64,000 nucleotides of DNA from Eledone cirrhosa. Its lineage: Eukaryota. Below the pieces are notes generated by a model that worked only from the letters and a program-made list of their open reading frames with translations, made no database searches and had not been told where the DNA came from. Shown one piece after another: positions 43,531-56,519 of the stretch. The translations under genes were made by a program, and so were the position numbers. The stretch covers positions 23,188,001 to 23,252,000 of the forward strand of contig OZ024745.1 of assembly GCA_964016885.1 (NCBI GenBank). Reading direction: 5' to 3'. Each line of letters begins with the position of its first letter. The first letter of the stretch is position 1.

Positions 43531-44435
43531 ACAAGTGAAAGGAGAGATAGTTTGGGCTACCCAAACTCTGGGCTGGTACTTTACTTTATTGACACCCTAA
43601 ATAATGAAAAACAAAAAAAGCGGAACTTCGGTTGAATTTGAACTCAGATCATATACAACCGTGATTAACGAAATCAACCAATGCTATGAAGAGTGTGGGA
43701 AATCGAGCGTAACGTAATAAATAACAATCTAGATCTCTTCCACTCCCTCTTCCGTCACACCTGTTGCTATCATCTTTCCTCTAGAATCTCCAACACCACC
43801 AACAACCCCGCCATTACCATTACTATCATCACCATCACCGTTACCATTACTACCATCACAGCCACCATCACTAACACTACCACCTCCATCACCATCATAA
43901 AACCCTTTCTATCTCAGACCTGAGATCCACAACGTAGGCCAAGGGACATGGCTAAAGATAGCCGCCAAATCCCCGTCAGATCACACAGCAAATGTGACCC
44001 TAAAAAAAGAGAAAACTAAGAAACATTTGATAATGTAGTGTAGACCGGGATATTCAATAGCCGAACAAAATCATTGTAGCTTGGATGGGCATGGATGGAA
44101 TGCCTTTGATCTAAGTAGCTGCGACAAAAGTTAGCAATATTTGACATATATATACATATATATATACCTATATATTGCTAACTTTTGTCGTTCAATACAT
44201 ATATATATATATGTTTTGATATATAATGATTTCTCACGAATGAAACAGTTCTAGTCCTGTAGAAGCTCTTCTATATTAAAACTTTTACACTCTGCTATGT
44301 ATTAAGTACCTTACTGTGGTTACCTCCGATTCAACCCGGAATAACTTATATCTATACAGGATGTCCCCAAAAAATGTATACATACTTTGATTAGAATGCT
44401 GTTAAAGTGTGCATACATATTTTGGGGATACCCTG

Positions 44436-44516
<81 letters not shown>

Positions 44517-45015
44517 CAAATATACATACATATTTATATACATATATATATGTGTGTGTGTGTGTGTCTGTGTATGCATGTGTACATATACACATATATA
44601 CATACATACGCACACATAAAAAAAATATATATATATGTGTGTGTATATATATGTGTGTGTGTGTATATATGTGCGTGTATATATATATGTGTGTGTATAT
44701 ATATGTGTGTGTATATATATATGTGTGTGTATATATATGTGTGTGTGTATATATGTGTAACAGCCGCCTCTGTTTTATTTCTCTATATCTTTCCTCCTCC
44801 ACCTATTCAGCATTTAAGTCTACCTCCCACTACTCCCATCACTGCTGTCGCCACCAACTCACTCCACTCCCCAGCCGTCCACCTTCCCCCGCCACACCAG
44901 ACACACCTCCATCACCCAACACTGTCGGCGGCGCCACCGACAACCACCCATCCTTACCCTCCACCACACCACCCCCCATACGAACCCAACTCCGCAGCCA
45001 CCCACAGCTTTTAGC

Positions 45016-45049
<34 letters not shown>

Positions 45050-45145
45050 TTCTCTCTCTGTTCTGTGGCGGCTGCAACGAACACACGGACACAGATAAAT
45101 ATTATATTGTCAGGACACACACACTCACATTCACACACACACACA

Positions 45146-45371
45146 CAAGCATAGACGCATACATATACATAAATAAATATGCGTGTGTGTGTGTGTGTGT
45201 CTGACTGTATTAATGCGTATCAAGTATAATGTATATGTAAAATATATTATATATTTATAGTAGAGTGTGAATAACCGCAAAAGAGAAACAAACCTGAATT
45301 TAAAACACATACACACCAACACACACATATATATGTATACATATTTATGGATGTATATGTTCATACACCCT

Positions 45372-45424
<53 letters not shown>

Positions 45425-45625
45425 ATAAACATACATATATATGTGTGTGTGTGTTGGTGTGTATGTGTTTTAAATTCAGGTTTGTTTCTCTTTTGCGGTT
45501 ATTCACACTCTACTATAAATATATAATATATTTTACATATACATTATACTTGATACGCATTAATACAGTCAGACACGCACACACACACGCATATTTATTT
45601 ATGTACATGTATGCGTCTATGCTTG
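45146..45625. repeat. Inverted repeat, about 190-bp arms
   Basis: 45146..45338 versus 45431..45625. Both strands give the same translation MCFKFRFVSLLRLFTLYYKY. Confidence 0.9.
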
Positions 45626-45639
45626 TATGCGTGTGTGTG

Positions 45640-46355
45640 AATATTCCTTCATTTTTTTCTCAATTATATTCACTAATTATTTTGATAAAAAATCATTTCT
45701 GTTTAGAGGTTTCGAGTCATAATCAGACGTTGTCCATCTTCTCCAACTTTTATTATAAAACTTTTCCAACAAAACTTTGCACCAGTTACTTCTTTATATA
45801 TATATATATATATATATATATGTTTGTGTGTGTGTGTGATGTATACGCATAGATGGTTTCCATGGTGGGACGCTGCATTGATTTGATCGATCCTATCGAC
45901 CCCAGTATTTATTTTGTTCTGGTACTTATTTTATCGATAATTTTTTGTCGAACCACTATGTTACCGAGCATAAACTTAAACACAGTCAAAACGTAAACAT
46001 CAATCTGCATATATATATATATATATATTACACATTTTTTTTTTTTTTTCATTTCATTTTACGTCCGCTAATTCCCTGCTTGCAAGGGTGGGATGGGAAC
46101 TGATTCTGGCTTGATTTCTACAGCTGGATGCCCTTCCTAACACCAACCTCATTTACAGTGAGTGCTGGGTGCTTTTTGTTGTGGCACCTCCACGACCACT
46201 TTGCAGTGGAATGATAAGGACCCCAGTCCCTATCATCTCATTTCTACAGCTGAGTAAACTGGAGCAATGTGAAATAAAGTGTCTTGCTCAAGGAAACAAC
46301 ACATTACCCGATCTGAGAATTGAACTCACAACCTTTCGATTGCAAGGCCAATGCT

Positions 46356-46402
<47 letters not shown>

Positions 46403-46593
46403 TTGATGTGTGTGTCAGTGTCAATGTTTACGTTTGTGACTGTGTTTAAGTTTATGCTCGGTAACTTAGTGGTTCGACAAAAAAGTATCGATAAAATAAG
46501 TACCAGAACAAAATAAATACTGGAGTCGATAGGATCGATCAAATCAATGCAGTGCCCCAGCATGGAAACCACCTATGTGTGTACACCACACAT

Positions 46594-46636
<43 letters not shown>

Positions 46637-46672
46637 ATGTATATATATATATACTCTAGATTACGTGTGTAC

Positions 46673-46703
<31 letters not shown>

Positions 46704-46897
46704 ATGTATATATATATATACACACGTAATCTAGAGTTGTTACATTTTATGAAAAATGTAAATATAAAACTTAGGTGACAAACATACAACAACAACAACA
46801 ACAACAATAATGATGATAATAATAATAATAATTTCTTATATTGATTGGCACTGGACCAGATATCCACCAACAAATTCAACCCGAATAAAGGCCTGGC

Positions 46898-46938
<41 letters not shown>

Positions 46939-47173
46939 GCGCGCACAAATATATATAACAAATATGCACTCCGAAACACACACACATATATATATATATA
47001 TACACACATACATATATAAAGAAGTAACTGGTGCAAAGTTTTGTTGGAAAAGTTTTATAATAAAAGTTGGAGAAGATGGACAACGTCTGATTATGACTCG
47101 AAACCTCTAAACAGAAATGATTTTTTATCAAAATAATTAGTGAATATAATTGAGAAAAAAATGAAGGAATATT
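45640..47173. repeat. Nested inverted repeats (outer 45640..45799/47013..47173; inner 45855..46000/46424..46570)
   Basis: Direct reverse-complement matches. Identical translation IKNHFCLEVSSHNQTLSIFSNFYYK on both strands. Confidence 0.9.
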
Positions 47174-47361
47174 GACCCTTGGTCATTGACATCCTATTAG
47201 TAAAAAAAAATTAATTGGTTAAAGGATTAATTAGTGGAAAATTTAAACTAAAGCCCAACAGCATAAAAAAATACTATGTTTAAATCTCTATGATGTTACG
47301 TTGATCGTAAATAAAAACTAACATGATTTGTTATATATGATTGTTCAACCTGCTAAAAATA

Positions 47362-47658
47362 GTAGCTAAATCTCTCTCGAATCAGACGTCACATTCTTAA
47401 AAAAAGGACACGACACGTTAGAATTCCTTTGATCAGAAGTCTGACTGTATTAGGGTTGACCTCTGACTAGATGTCAACAACAATAATAGCAACTAAAACC
47501 TCTGCAAATGTTCTCTCGGAACATTAATTTATATATATACCACACGGTAAATTAAGTGTAGTCACAGGTCAACCCTAATACTTCTGATCAAAGGAATTCT
47601 AACGTGTCGTGTCCTTTTTTTAAGAATGTGACGCCTGATTCGAGGGAGATTTAGCTAC
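47362..47658. repeat. Inverted repeat, about 95-100-bp arms
   Basis: gtagctaaatctc...tattagggttgacct versus aggtcaaccctaata...gagatttagctac, with one small indel. Confidence 0.9.
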
Positions 47659-48017
47659 CCACCAAACACCCCCACAAAAGAAATAGGCGACGGGCGGATT
47701 ATTTTCAGGTTTCGAGGGTAAGGTAAATAAAATGAGATGTTGTGATGTTCAAGCCATACTTAATTGTTCTTCAATAGAGTGTTATCGCAAAACATAGGTT
47801 TGCTGTTTCAGGTCGCCGATAGTTTAACTGATAGAGACCAATATATATATATATATATATATATTAGGTGGGAGGGGAGGGGGGTCGTTGGACTTTGCAA
47901 CCATACTTTTTCTGTATATCGATTATTGATCATATTGAGCAATATTACGTATTTCAACTTGGTACTTATTTTCTCTCGATTTCTATTTAACGTATCGCAA
48001 GTAACGCTTCGATATGA

Positions 48018-48062
<45 letters not shown>

Positions 48063-48068
<6 letters not shown>

Positions 48069-48437
48069 ATTAAATAAATGGAAAACTATATTTATAAAAC
48101 CATATTTATTTCATTATATATATTTCGGGGATATCATATTAACAATATGCTATGCCTTCATCAGACAAAATACAATATAAACAGTTTTATAGATAAATAT
48201 ATTCGACATACCGTAATAAACATCAACTTCATTTGAAGAGGTTCACTGCTAGAGTGAACCTCTTCAAATGAAGTTGATGTTTATTACGGTATGTCGAATA
48301 TATTTATCTATAAAACTGTTTATATTGTATTTTGTCTGATGAAGGCATAGCATATTGTTAATATGATATCCCCGAAATATATATAATGAAATAAATATGG
48401 TTTTATAAATATAGTTTTCCATTTATTTAATATTGTA
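48063..48437. repeat. Apparently perfect palindrome, 185-bp arms, 5-nt loop
   Basis: 48063..48247 is the reverse complement of 48253..48437, loop gctag. Confidence 0.95.
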
Positions 48438-48776
48438 AATATACTCCAAGTATTTGTCGAGTGCTTTTATATCAGTTATAAATATTTACTAGTTGTAACC
48501 CAACAATTTTAAATATAACTTTACATGTATATATATATATATATATATTTAGAATATATATATATATTAAAAAAGGGAAGTAAGGTTCTATACAAAACGG
48601 GATATAGAGAAAAGGTGAAGTTGGAAATAGCACGAAAAATATATTTAAGGGTCTGTTTTTCTTTTTTTATCCTTTCTTTGATTCGTCAAAGTGACATTAT
48701 TGAAAAGATGACATTATTTAAAAAATGAGGGAGAATTCTTTTTTTTAAAAGTTTTATAATGTATATAAAGTATATA

Positions 48777-48813
<37 letters not shown>

Positions 48814-49811
48814 ATTGGATGCTTAGTAAAATCGAATCTTTGGCGGTGTGCATATGAATGAGTTAGCAAAGCACTCGACAAGGTAGGTCCTTAGAGTAAT
48901 AACATACGTTTAAATAGCTTGACAAATTGAACGTTGTGGTAGGCAAAATCTAACACACAATACCAAAGTAACGAAAGAACTAACAGGTTGAGAAAAAAAA
49001 ATATATATATATATACATATATATACATACATACATACATATATATATGTGAAGATCGTGACAAACTTCATCGAAGAATTCGAGAACCCGGTTTGTTGTG
49101 TAAATATTCGAATACTTTACGTTTATCAACGGAATTCTTTACATCTTACATACACCGTAACATCATAACAACGATGTTGATGATGATGATGATGATGATA
49201 ATTGATTTCTAATTCTGGCACAAGGCCAACAATTTTAGGGTAGTGGGTGAGGGGAAGAATTGATCAAATCGACCCCTAGTACAGCTTCATCGATCTCTGA
49301 AGGCTGAAAGTCAAAGTTGACCTCTCATAAGATTTGAACTCCAAACGTAAAGATTAATTTTTCAAGTTTTTAGTCATATATTCTGATATTGGTACAAGTG
49401 ATAAACTTTCTGCAGGGTGGTAAAATAGGGTAGGAATCGGGTAGGTATATAAGGAACTTTCAACTCAATGATTGATGGGAGAGTTAGTTTATCAACTTAC
49501 AGGTAATCAATATTTCTAAGTAATTAACAGCAACAACAAACTACAAACTTAACCAAAAATCAATCACAAAAGTATATTTGTTATATTAAATATTAACAAA
49601 TGTTGTTTTTTTTTCATTTCTGAAGTACAGAATTAAAAATTGAAAAAAATTAAAGATATAGTAATTAAAAATAAAAATAAGTAGTTATATATATATTTTT
49701 TTTAAATTTAATTTATAGAAATATTGATGTTTGTTTTTGCCTGAACTTTATTTTGGCTGGTATAATTATTTAGTTATTTACTTGTGTGTGTTTCTTATAT
49801 ATGTATGCATA

Positions 49812-49874
<63 letters not shown>

Positions 49875-49910
49875 TATAAAATGAAATTAAAACTAGAAAA
49901 ATCAACTTAC

Positions 49911-51742
49911 CACTGGTGAACTAATGCGACAACCCTCACAGTCACATACTGCCGAATGTACAGTTAAAATCCCTTTTGAGAGCAAAAGTTTCATACTTTT
50001 GCCATGGTGCCTTATAGAACGTTTCCAGTCCTTGGCCGATTCGCGTCCGCTAACGTACTGAAATTCATTTGGAGTTAACCAGGAGCCCTGGAAGTAAATG
50101 CAAGGGCCTTTACTTCCCTGACACAATTTCGACAGGTACATAAGAGCCTTGTTTTGGCCACATTCAACCTCTAAAATCACCTGTCCATCCTGGTAAATAG
50201 GTTTAAGATATTCTTCGGATCCTTCCAACGAACACGTCACGCTTGTATAACCGGACGACGAGGTCCGCGTGGAAGAGTTACGCTTTGCGCTTGAGTTGCT
50301 ATTACTAGAAATAGATGACGATGTTATTGTTGTTAATGATGTTGTTGTCGTTGTTGTCGACGGCGTTATTGTCTTTTGTTGTTGTTGTTGTTGTGGCGAT
50401 AACGACGACGACGACGGTGTCAATGTAGATAATGTTGATAGTGTTGGTGGCGGTGGTGGTTTTAGTATAAGTGGTACAACAACAGCCGTTGACGAGCTAC
50501 GTCTATCCATATTGGCAGCACAGCCGGTCTGCTGGCTTAGCTTGCTGCTTTTACTGCTGCTGATGTTACTGCTGATGTTGTTGCTATTATTATTGTTGTT
50601 GTTATACGACGAGTACGAGGCTGCCGCTACCGCTGCTACTGCTGCTGCTGCTGCTGCTGCTGCTGATGTTGTTGTCATCGTCTTAGCTGTCGTTACGGAC
50701 GTAATTGTTGTTGTTTTCAATGATGTTGATGTTGGTGTTGTCGTTCCCGTCGTCGTTGTTGCTGCTGCTGCTGCTGCTGCTGCTGGTGTTGTTGTTGTTG
50801 CTGGTGTTGTTGTTGTTGTTACTTTATTTGTTTCAGTCGTTGGCGGAGTCGCGGTATGGGTGGCGATGCTGGCGGCGGTGTTATTGATGATGGTGGCGGT
50901 GATGGCATTGATGGTGGTGGTGGTGGTGGCGGTGGCGTCGGTGTTTGGGAGAATCACCGGTCTCTCACCCGGCACTGCTGCTGCTGCTGCTGCTGCTGCT
51001 GTCGTCACTTCATCCTCTGCTCCCGCCCCCGCCGCCCCTCGACACGGAGTCACCGTCCGTGTTTTTCTTGGCATTGTTTTTGTTGTTTTTGTTGGCGGCG
51101 GCGGCGTGGTAGCAGACGAAGGCGGAAATTGGTGTTGTTGTTGTTGTTGTGGTGGTGGTGGTGGTGATGGTGATGATGGCGATGGTGGAGGCGATAGTGC
51201 TGTGGCATTAGGAGATCCCATTGGCGGCGGTGGCGGTGGTGGTGTTGCTGCTGGTGGTGGTGGTGCTGGAGTTGTTGCTGGGAGTGGTGGTGCTGGTGGT
51301 GGTGGTGGTGGAGGCGGCGTTGATGGCGGCGGCGGAGGTGGTGGCGGCGGCGATTGTGGTGGCAATGGCGGCGGCGGCGGCGACTGCGGTGGAGGCGGCG
51401 GCGGCGGCGGCGGCGATGGTGGCGGAGGCGGCGGCGGTGGCGGTGATGAAGGCGATGCCGTTGTCGTTATTCCCAGTGATGTGATGATGGTGTTGTTGTT
51501 GTTGTTGTTAATGGTGTTGTTGTTGTTGTTGTTGGTGGTGGTGTTGGTGGTGGTGGTGGTGGTGTTGGTGGAGGTGGTGGAGGTTAGGTTTGTTCCAGTT
51601 GACTCCGCTACGACCAGCGGGACTGAAACCGCCATCGCCAGCGCCTGAGATCCTTTTTCTAATAGAATCTCGTCTACGTTATTCCTACTTGCTACTGTTG
51701 GTGTTGTTGTTGTTTCTGTCCCCGACGAGGACGCTGATAAAA

Positions 51743-51777
<35 letters not shown>

Positions 51778-53228
51778 AATGATGATAATGATGATGATGG
51801 TGGTGGTGGTGGTGGTGGTGGTGGTGCTATGTTTTCGTTCCCGTCAAGATAAATGTTGTTGCTGTTGTTGTTATTGTTGTTACAGTTGCTAATTGCTCTG
51901 CGTGCGGCGCAGGCGTCGTCAACGACTGAAGAACGACGAGTCTGAACGCCGGAGACGACGTCGCCGCCGCCGCCGTGTGTGGTAGTGGTGGTGGTGGCGG
52001 TGCCGCTGTTGGTGTCAAAGGTGGTAGTGGTGGCCGTGTTAGTAATTGCCGACGAGTGGTGTGAGGGGGAGGACGAGAAGGAGGCAGAAGTATAGGAGGA
52101 GGAGGAGGAGGAGGAAGAGGCGACAGCAGTCAGGTAGACGGCTGCTGCTGCTGCTGTTGCTGTCGTCGTTGTCGTCGTTGTTCCGCTGCTGCTGCTACTT
52201 ATACACTCCGCCGTCGTCGCCGCCGCCGCCGTCTTCTTCACCTTCACCTTAGTCTTCGTTTTCGACTTGAACGTCTTCACCTTCACCTTTGGCTTCTCTG
52301 CCGGCGTCAACGTAAACGTAGACGTCGCCGTCTCCTCTATACAGAATGGCGGCGGCGTCTCCTTGATAATCGTGCTGCTGCTACTGTTTGGGGTAGTGTT
52401 ATTCAAAGTGGTGGTGGTGGTGATGGTGTTGTTGGTGGTGGTGGTGTTAGGGTTGACGGCTTCGTTGGTGCTGTTGTAGTTGTTGCTGTAATTGTAGTTG
52501 TTGTTGTTGTTGGTGGTGGTGGTGGTGTTAGGGTTGACGGCTTCGTTGGTGCTGTTGTAGTTGTTGCTGTAGTTGTTGTAGTTGTTGGTGGTGGTGGTGG
52601 TGGTGTTAGGGTTGACGGCTTCGTTGGTGCTGTTGTAGTTGTTGCTGTAGTTGTTGTAGTTGTTGGTGGTGGTGGTGGTGGTGGTGGTGTTAGGGTTGAC
52701 GGCTTCGTTGGTGCTGTTGTAGTTGTTGCTGTAGTTGTTGTAGTTGTTGTTGGTGGTGGTGGTGGTGTTAGGGTTGACGGCTTCGTTGGTGCTGTTGTAG
52801 TTGTTGTAGTTGTTGTTGGTGGTGGTGGTGGTGTTAGGGTTGACGGCTTCGTTGGTGCTGTTGCTGATGGTGGTGGTGGTGGTGGTATGATTGCTGGTAT
52901 CGATAATTGGGGTGTTATCGTCAGGGATGGTAAAATTAGTCTTTTCCGTAGTAGTGTTGTTGTTGTTGTTGTTGTTGTTGTTAGTGGTGGTGGTGTTGGT
53001 ATTGAAGGTGGGGGCAATTAGGATGGTATTTTCCCCGTCGTCTTCGTCAGTGTCGTCGTCGTCAGCTGCTGCTGGTGATGGTGGTGATGACGGGTGTCGT
53101 CGGAACGTTACCGTCATTAGACAATGGTGGCGACGTTGAGTGACGTGACGAACTTGTAAGATGAAATATTGACCGATTTGTTGCTGCTGCTGCTGCTGTT
53201 GTTGTTGTTGTTGTTGTGTTGTTCGATT
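49911..53228 (-). CDS. SAMD11: SAMD11/SAMD7-like gene, coding exon 1 (5' end unresolved): long low-complexity N-terminus followed by SAND domain (about 49911..50215)
   Basis: Translation EEYLKPIYQDGQVILEVECGQNKALMYLSKLCQGSKGPCIYFQGSWLTPNEFQYVSGRESAKDWKRSIRHHGKSMKLLLSKGILTVHSAVCDCEGCRISSPV has the SAND KDWK motif. It closely resembles vertebrate SAMD11 as recalled (...KDWKRSIRHKGKSLKTLMSKGILQVHPPICDCPGCRISSPV). Donor GTG|gtaagt at 49911/49910, phase 0. Frame is open up to the N gap. In-frame ATGs at 50510, 51221 and 53117, true start unknown. Confidence 0.85.
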
Positions 53229-53428
53229 NNNNNNNNNNNNNNNNNNNNNNNNNNNNNNNNNNNNNNNNNNNNNNNNNNNNNNNNNNNNNNNNNNNNNNNN
53301 NNNNNNNNNNNNNNNNNNNNNNNNNNNNNNNNNNNNNNNNNNNNNNNNNNNNNNNNNNNNNNNNNNNNNNNNNNNNNNNNNNNNNNNNNNNNNNNNNNNN
53401 NNNNNNNNNNNNNNNNNNNNNNNNNNNN
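53229..53428. other. Assembly gap (200 N)
   Basis: Run of 200 n. The round size suggests a scaffolding placeholder. Confidence 0.98.
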
Positions 53429-53471
53429 TTGTGATCTTTAACCCTCGGCCAGTCGGTTCTTCAAATTGTTG

Positions 53472-53503
<32 letters not shown>

Positions 53504-53517
53504 ATGTTCTATGTAGA

Positions 53518-53555
<38 letters not shown>

Positions 53556-53832
53556 CTTGTAGGAGTTAGGCTGGCGAAGATACGGGTGCGGGTAGTTACG
53601 ATATTGTGTGTGGTGGTGGTGGTGGAGTTGCTGCTGCTGCTGCTGCTGCTGCTGCACGATCTTATACGATGTCACATTTATTTCTTGTTGTTGTTGTTGT
53701 TCCTGTTGATCCTGTTGTTGTAATTGTTGCTGCTGTGATTGTTGTTGTTGTTGCTGCTGCTGTTCATGTATTTTCCGTTCACGTATTTCGTCACAAGAAT
53801 TAGTGCTGCTGCTGCTGCTTCTACTGTTGTAT

Positions 53833-53864
<32 letters not shown>

Positions 53865-54251
53865 GCTGTTGTTGGCGGTGGTAGTAGTATTAGTAGTAGT
53901 GGTAGTAGTAGTAGCAGCGTAACGATGTTTGTTTTCGTGGGTACACAGCGTTACTGAAGTATGAGGGTGGTGGTGGTAAGTAGGGTGGTTAGATGCGGGG
54001 ACGGCGACGTTGTCACCGTCACCAATAGCGACAGACGCGTTAGTACTATTATTAGAAGTATTAGTAACACTACTACTACTACTACTATTAGTTGTAGCAA
54101 GGGCGGTAGTGGTAGTGGTGTAGTAAGGTGGACACTAAAAACTTTACTAAGACTAATGTCGCCTTCCTTGCTGGTGGACACAATGTCTGTGTTGTTACTG
54201 CTGCTGTTGTTGTTGTTGTTGTTAGTGGAGGTGGTGGTGGTGGTGGTGTCG

Positions 54252-56519
54252 TCAGTGGCGGTCGGTGGTGGTGGTGGAAGGGTTAGTATCGGTGTCAGAG
54301 GTTGTGTTAATAGTGTTACTATTGCTGCTGCTGATGATGGCGGCGGCGGCGGCGGCGATAATGGTGGTACTGGCTGTGTTGTTGGTATCGACGGTGGTGG
54401 CGGCGGCGGCGGCGGCAATGACCGCTGACCTTGCTGCTGCTGCTGCTGCTGCTGCTGCAGCTGCAGCTGCTGCACTACAACTCCTTGTGGTCGCTCTGTT
54501 GGTGGTGGCGACGACGGGGGTGGTATTTTTGACAAATTTAACGGAATGTTGTACAGCCGCCGTAGATGGCGATGGTGGCGGCGATGGTGGTGGTGGTGGT
54601 GGTGGTAGGGATAATTCTGTTGTTGTTGTTGGTGGTGGTGGTGGTGGTGGTGGTGGTGGTGCTGCTGCTGTGTGAGATGATGACGATGACAGCGATGACA
54701 ATGCAACTGTTGTCGTCGACGACGCCGCCGCCGCCGCCTCCACATCTACTACAGTCGTTCTTCTTGTCTTTCGTGTTTTTCTTGTTCTTTTTGTTGCTGT
54801 TGTTGCTGTTGTTGTTGTTGTTAATGCTGATACTGTTGGTGTTGTGCTGTCTGAAGGTGCATGGGTTGCGGCAGGTGTGAACGCCACCTCTTCTCCTCTT
54901 AATGCTGAACTTGCAGTTTTAGTAGTGTTAGTAGTAGTAGCAGCAGTAGTAGTAAATACGGGAGAATCGGTGGTAGTGTTGCTGTTGTTGTTGTTGTTGT
55001 TAGTGGTGGTGGAGGTGGTGGTGGAGGTGGAGATGTGTGGATCGCCAGTGGCGGTGATGGCGGACGTACCCCTAAAGGAATGACCACTCGAGGTCAAAGG
55101 TGAAGAATCAACTGTAGCGACAGTAATCTGCTGCTTATGGTGGTTGTTGTGGTGGTGATGATGGTTGTTGTGGTTGTGCTGGTGGTGGTGGTGGTGGTGG
55201 TGGTGTGGTTGCTGGGGCTGGTGTTGATGGTTGTTGTTGTTGTTGTTGTGTTGGTGTTGTTGTTGTTGTTGTTGTTGGTGGTGTTTGTAGTGGTAGACGT
55301 GGTGGTAGGAGTTTACGGACGGGCTAGCTACTATGGAAGATGATGATGATGGTGGTGGTGATGGCAGCGGCGCTGATAGTGCTGTTGTTGTTGATGATGG
55401 TGGTGGTGGTGGTGGTGGTGATGGTGTTGATGGTAGTGATGATAGTGGTAAAGATGGTAGTGCAAGTTCTAATGGTGGTGATGGTGGCGATGGGGAAGTT
55501 TGCCACTGGCATCGGTCTCCGTCGCCGTCACCATTGTCACAGCTATCCTTCGCTATGTCAACATTACCGCCGCAACCACCACCACCTGCTGGTAAAGAAA
55601 TATTATGTGGTGGCGACGATGGTGGAGACGGTGATACAGTTGAATACATATTACAGGACAACCTGTTGTTGGTGTTGTTGTTGGTGTTGGTGTTATTCTT
55701 TTTCTTGTGTTTATTTTTTTTACCCTTCTTGTTTTTGTGTGTGTGGTTGTTGCTGTTGTTGTTATTGTTGGTGTAGTTAATGCTATCACTGTTGTTATTG
55801 TTGTTGTTATTGTAATTACTAGTGTTGTTGTTACTGTTGTTGTTATTATAATTGTTATTGTTGTTTTTGTACTCACTATTATCGCTGCTGCTGCTGCTGC
55901 TACTGCTGCTGCTGCTGCTGCTGTTGTTGTTGTTGTTTATAGTCTTCTTGTTGCTGTTGTTGCTACTTTTGCTGCTGCTTCGCGTTCTCGTAGTCATGTT
56001 AGTTGTTGAAGAAGTAGTAGTAGTAGTAGTAGTAGTTGTATTCTTATTACTACTACAGCTGTTGTAGTTGCCGCTGTTATTGCTGTTGTTGTTGCTGTTG
56101 TTGTTGTAATTCTTGCGGGCTCTCGTCGTAGTATTAGCAGTTATATTTAGAATATCAGTAGAAATAGTATCAGTATAAGTACTATTAGTAGTAGTAGTAG
56201 TAGTAGTACTAGTTGTTGTAGCTGCTGCTGCTACTACTACTGGTGGTGGTGGTGGTGGTGTTGTTGCTGTAGCGACAATGTTGTTGATGCTGTTCGTAGT
56301 TGAAATATTACTGCTGCTGCTGTTGTTGTTGTTGTTATTACTCTTGTTGGCAATATTGTTCTTGTTGCTGCTGTTGTTGTTGTTGAAAGTTGTTGTGGGG
56401 CTGGTGGTGGTGGTGGTGGTGGTAGTGATGGCGGCGGTGGCGGTGTCGATGTTGATGTTGTTGTTGTTGTTGTTGTGAGAGTGTCGTTTACACGCAGTGT
56501 TGTGAATCTTTCTTCCCAT
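54252..56519 (-). other. 755-codon low-complexity ORF upstream of the gap: possible further 5' coding sequence, uORF or 5' UTR of the SAMD11-like gene
   Basis: ATG at 56519. Same strand and same poly-N/T/S/P/H/Q composition as exon 1. No recognisable domain and not in a continuous frame with the downstream ORF. Confidence 0.3.

Noticed and set aside
49911-50215. DEAF1 or GMEB assignment for the SAND domain
   Set aside because: No MYND finger downstream. The KLCQGSKG, CRISSPV|NR.RLA.KR and C-terminal SAM features fit SAMD11/7.
49902-53675. 1257-aa ORF as a single intact CDS
   Set aside because: It crosses a 200-N gap, starts at a GTG and runs past the splice donor at 49911.
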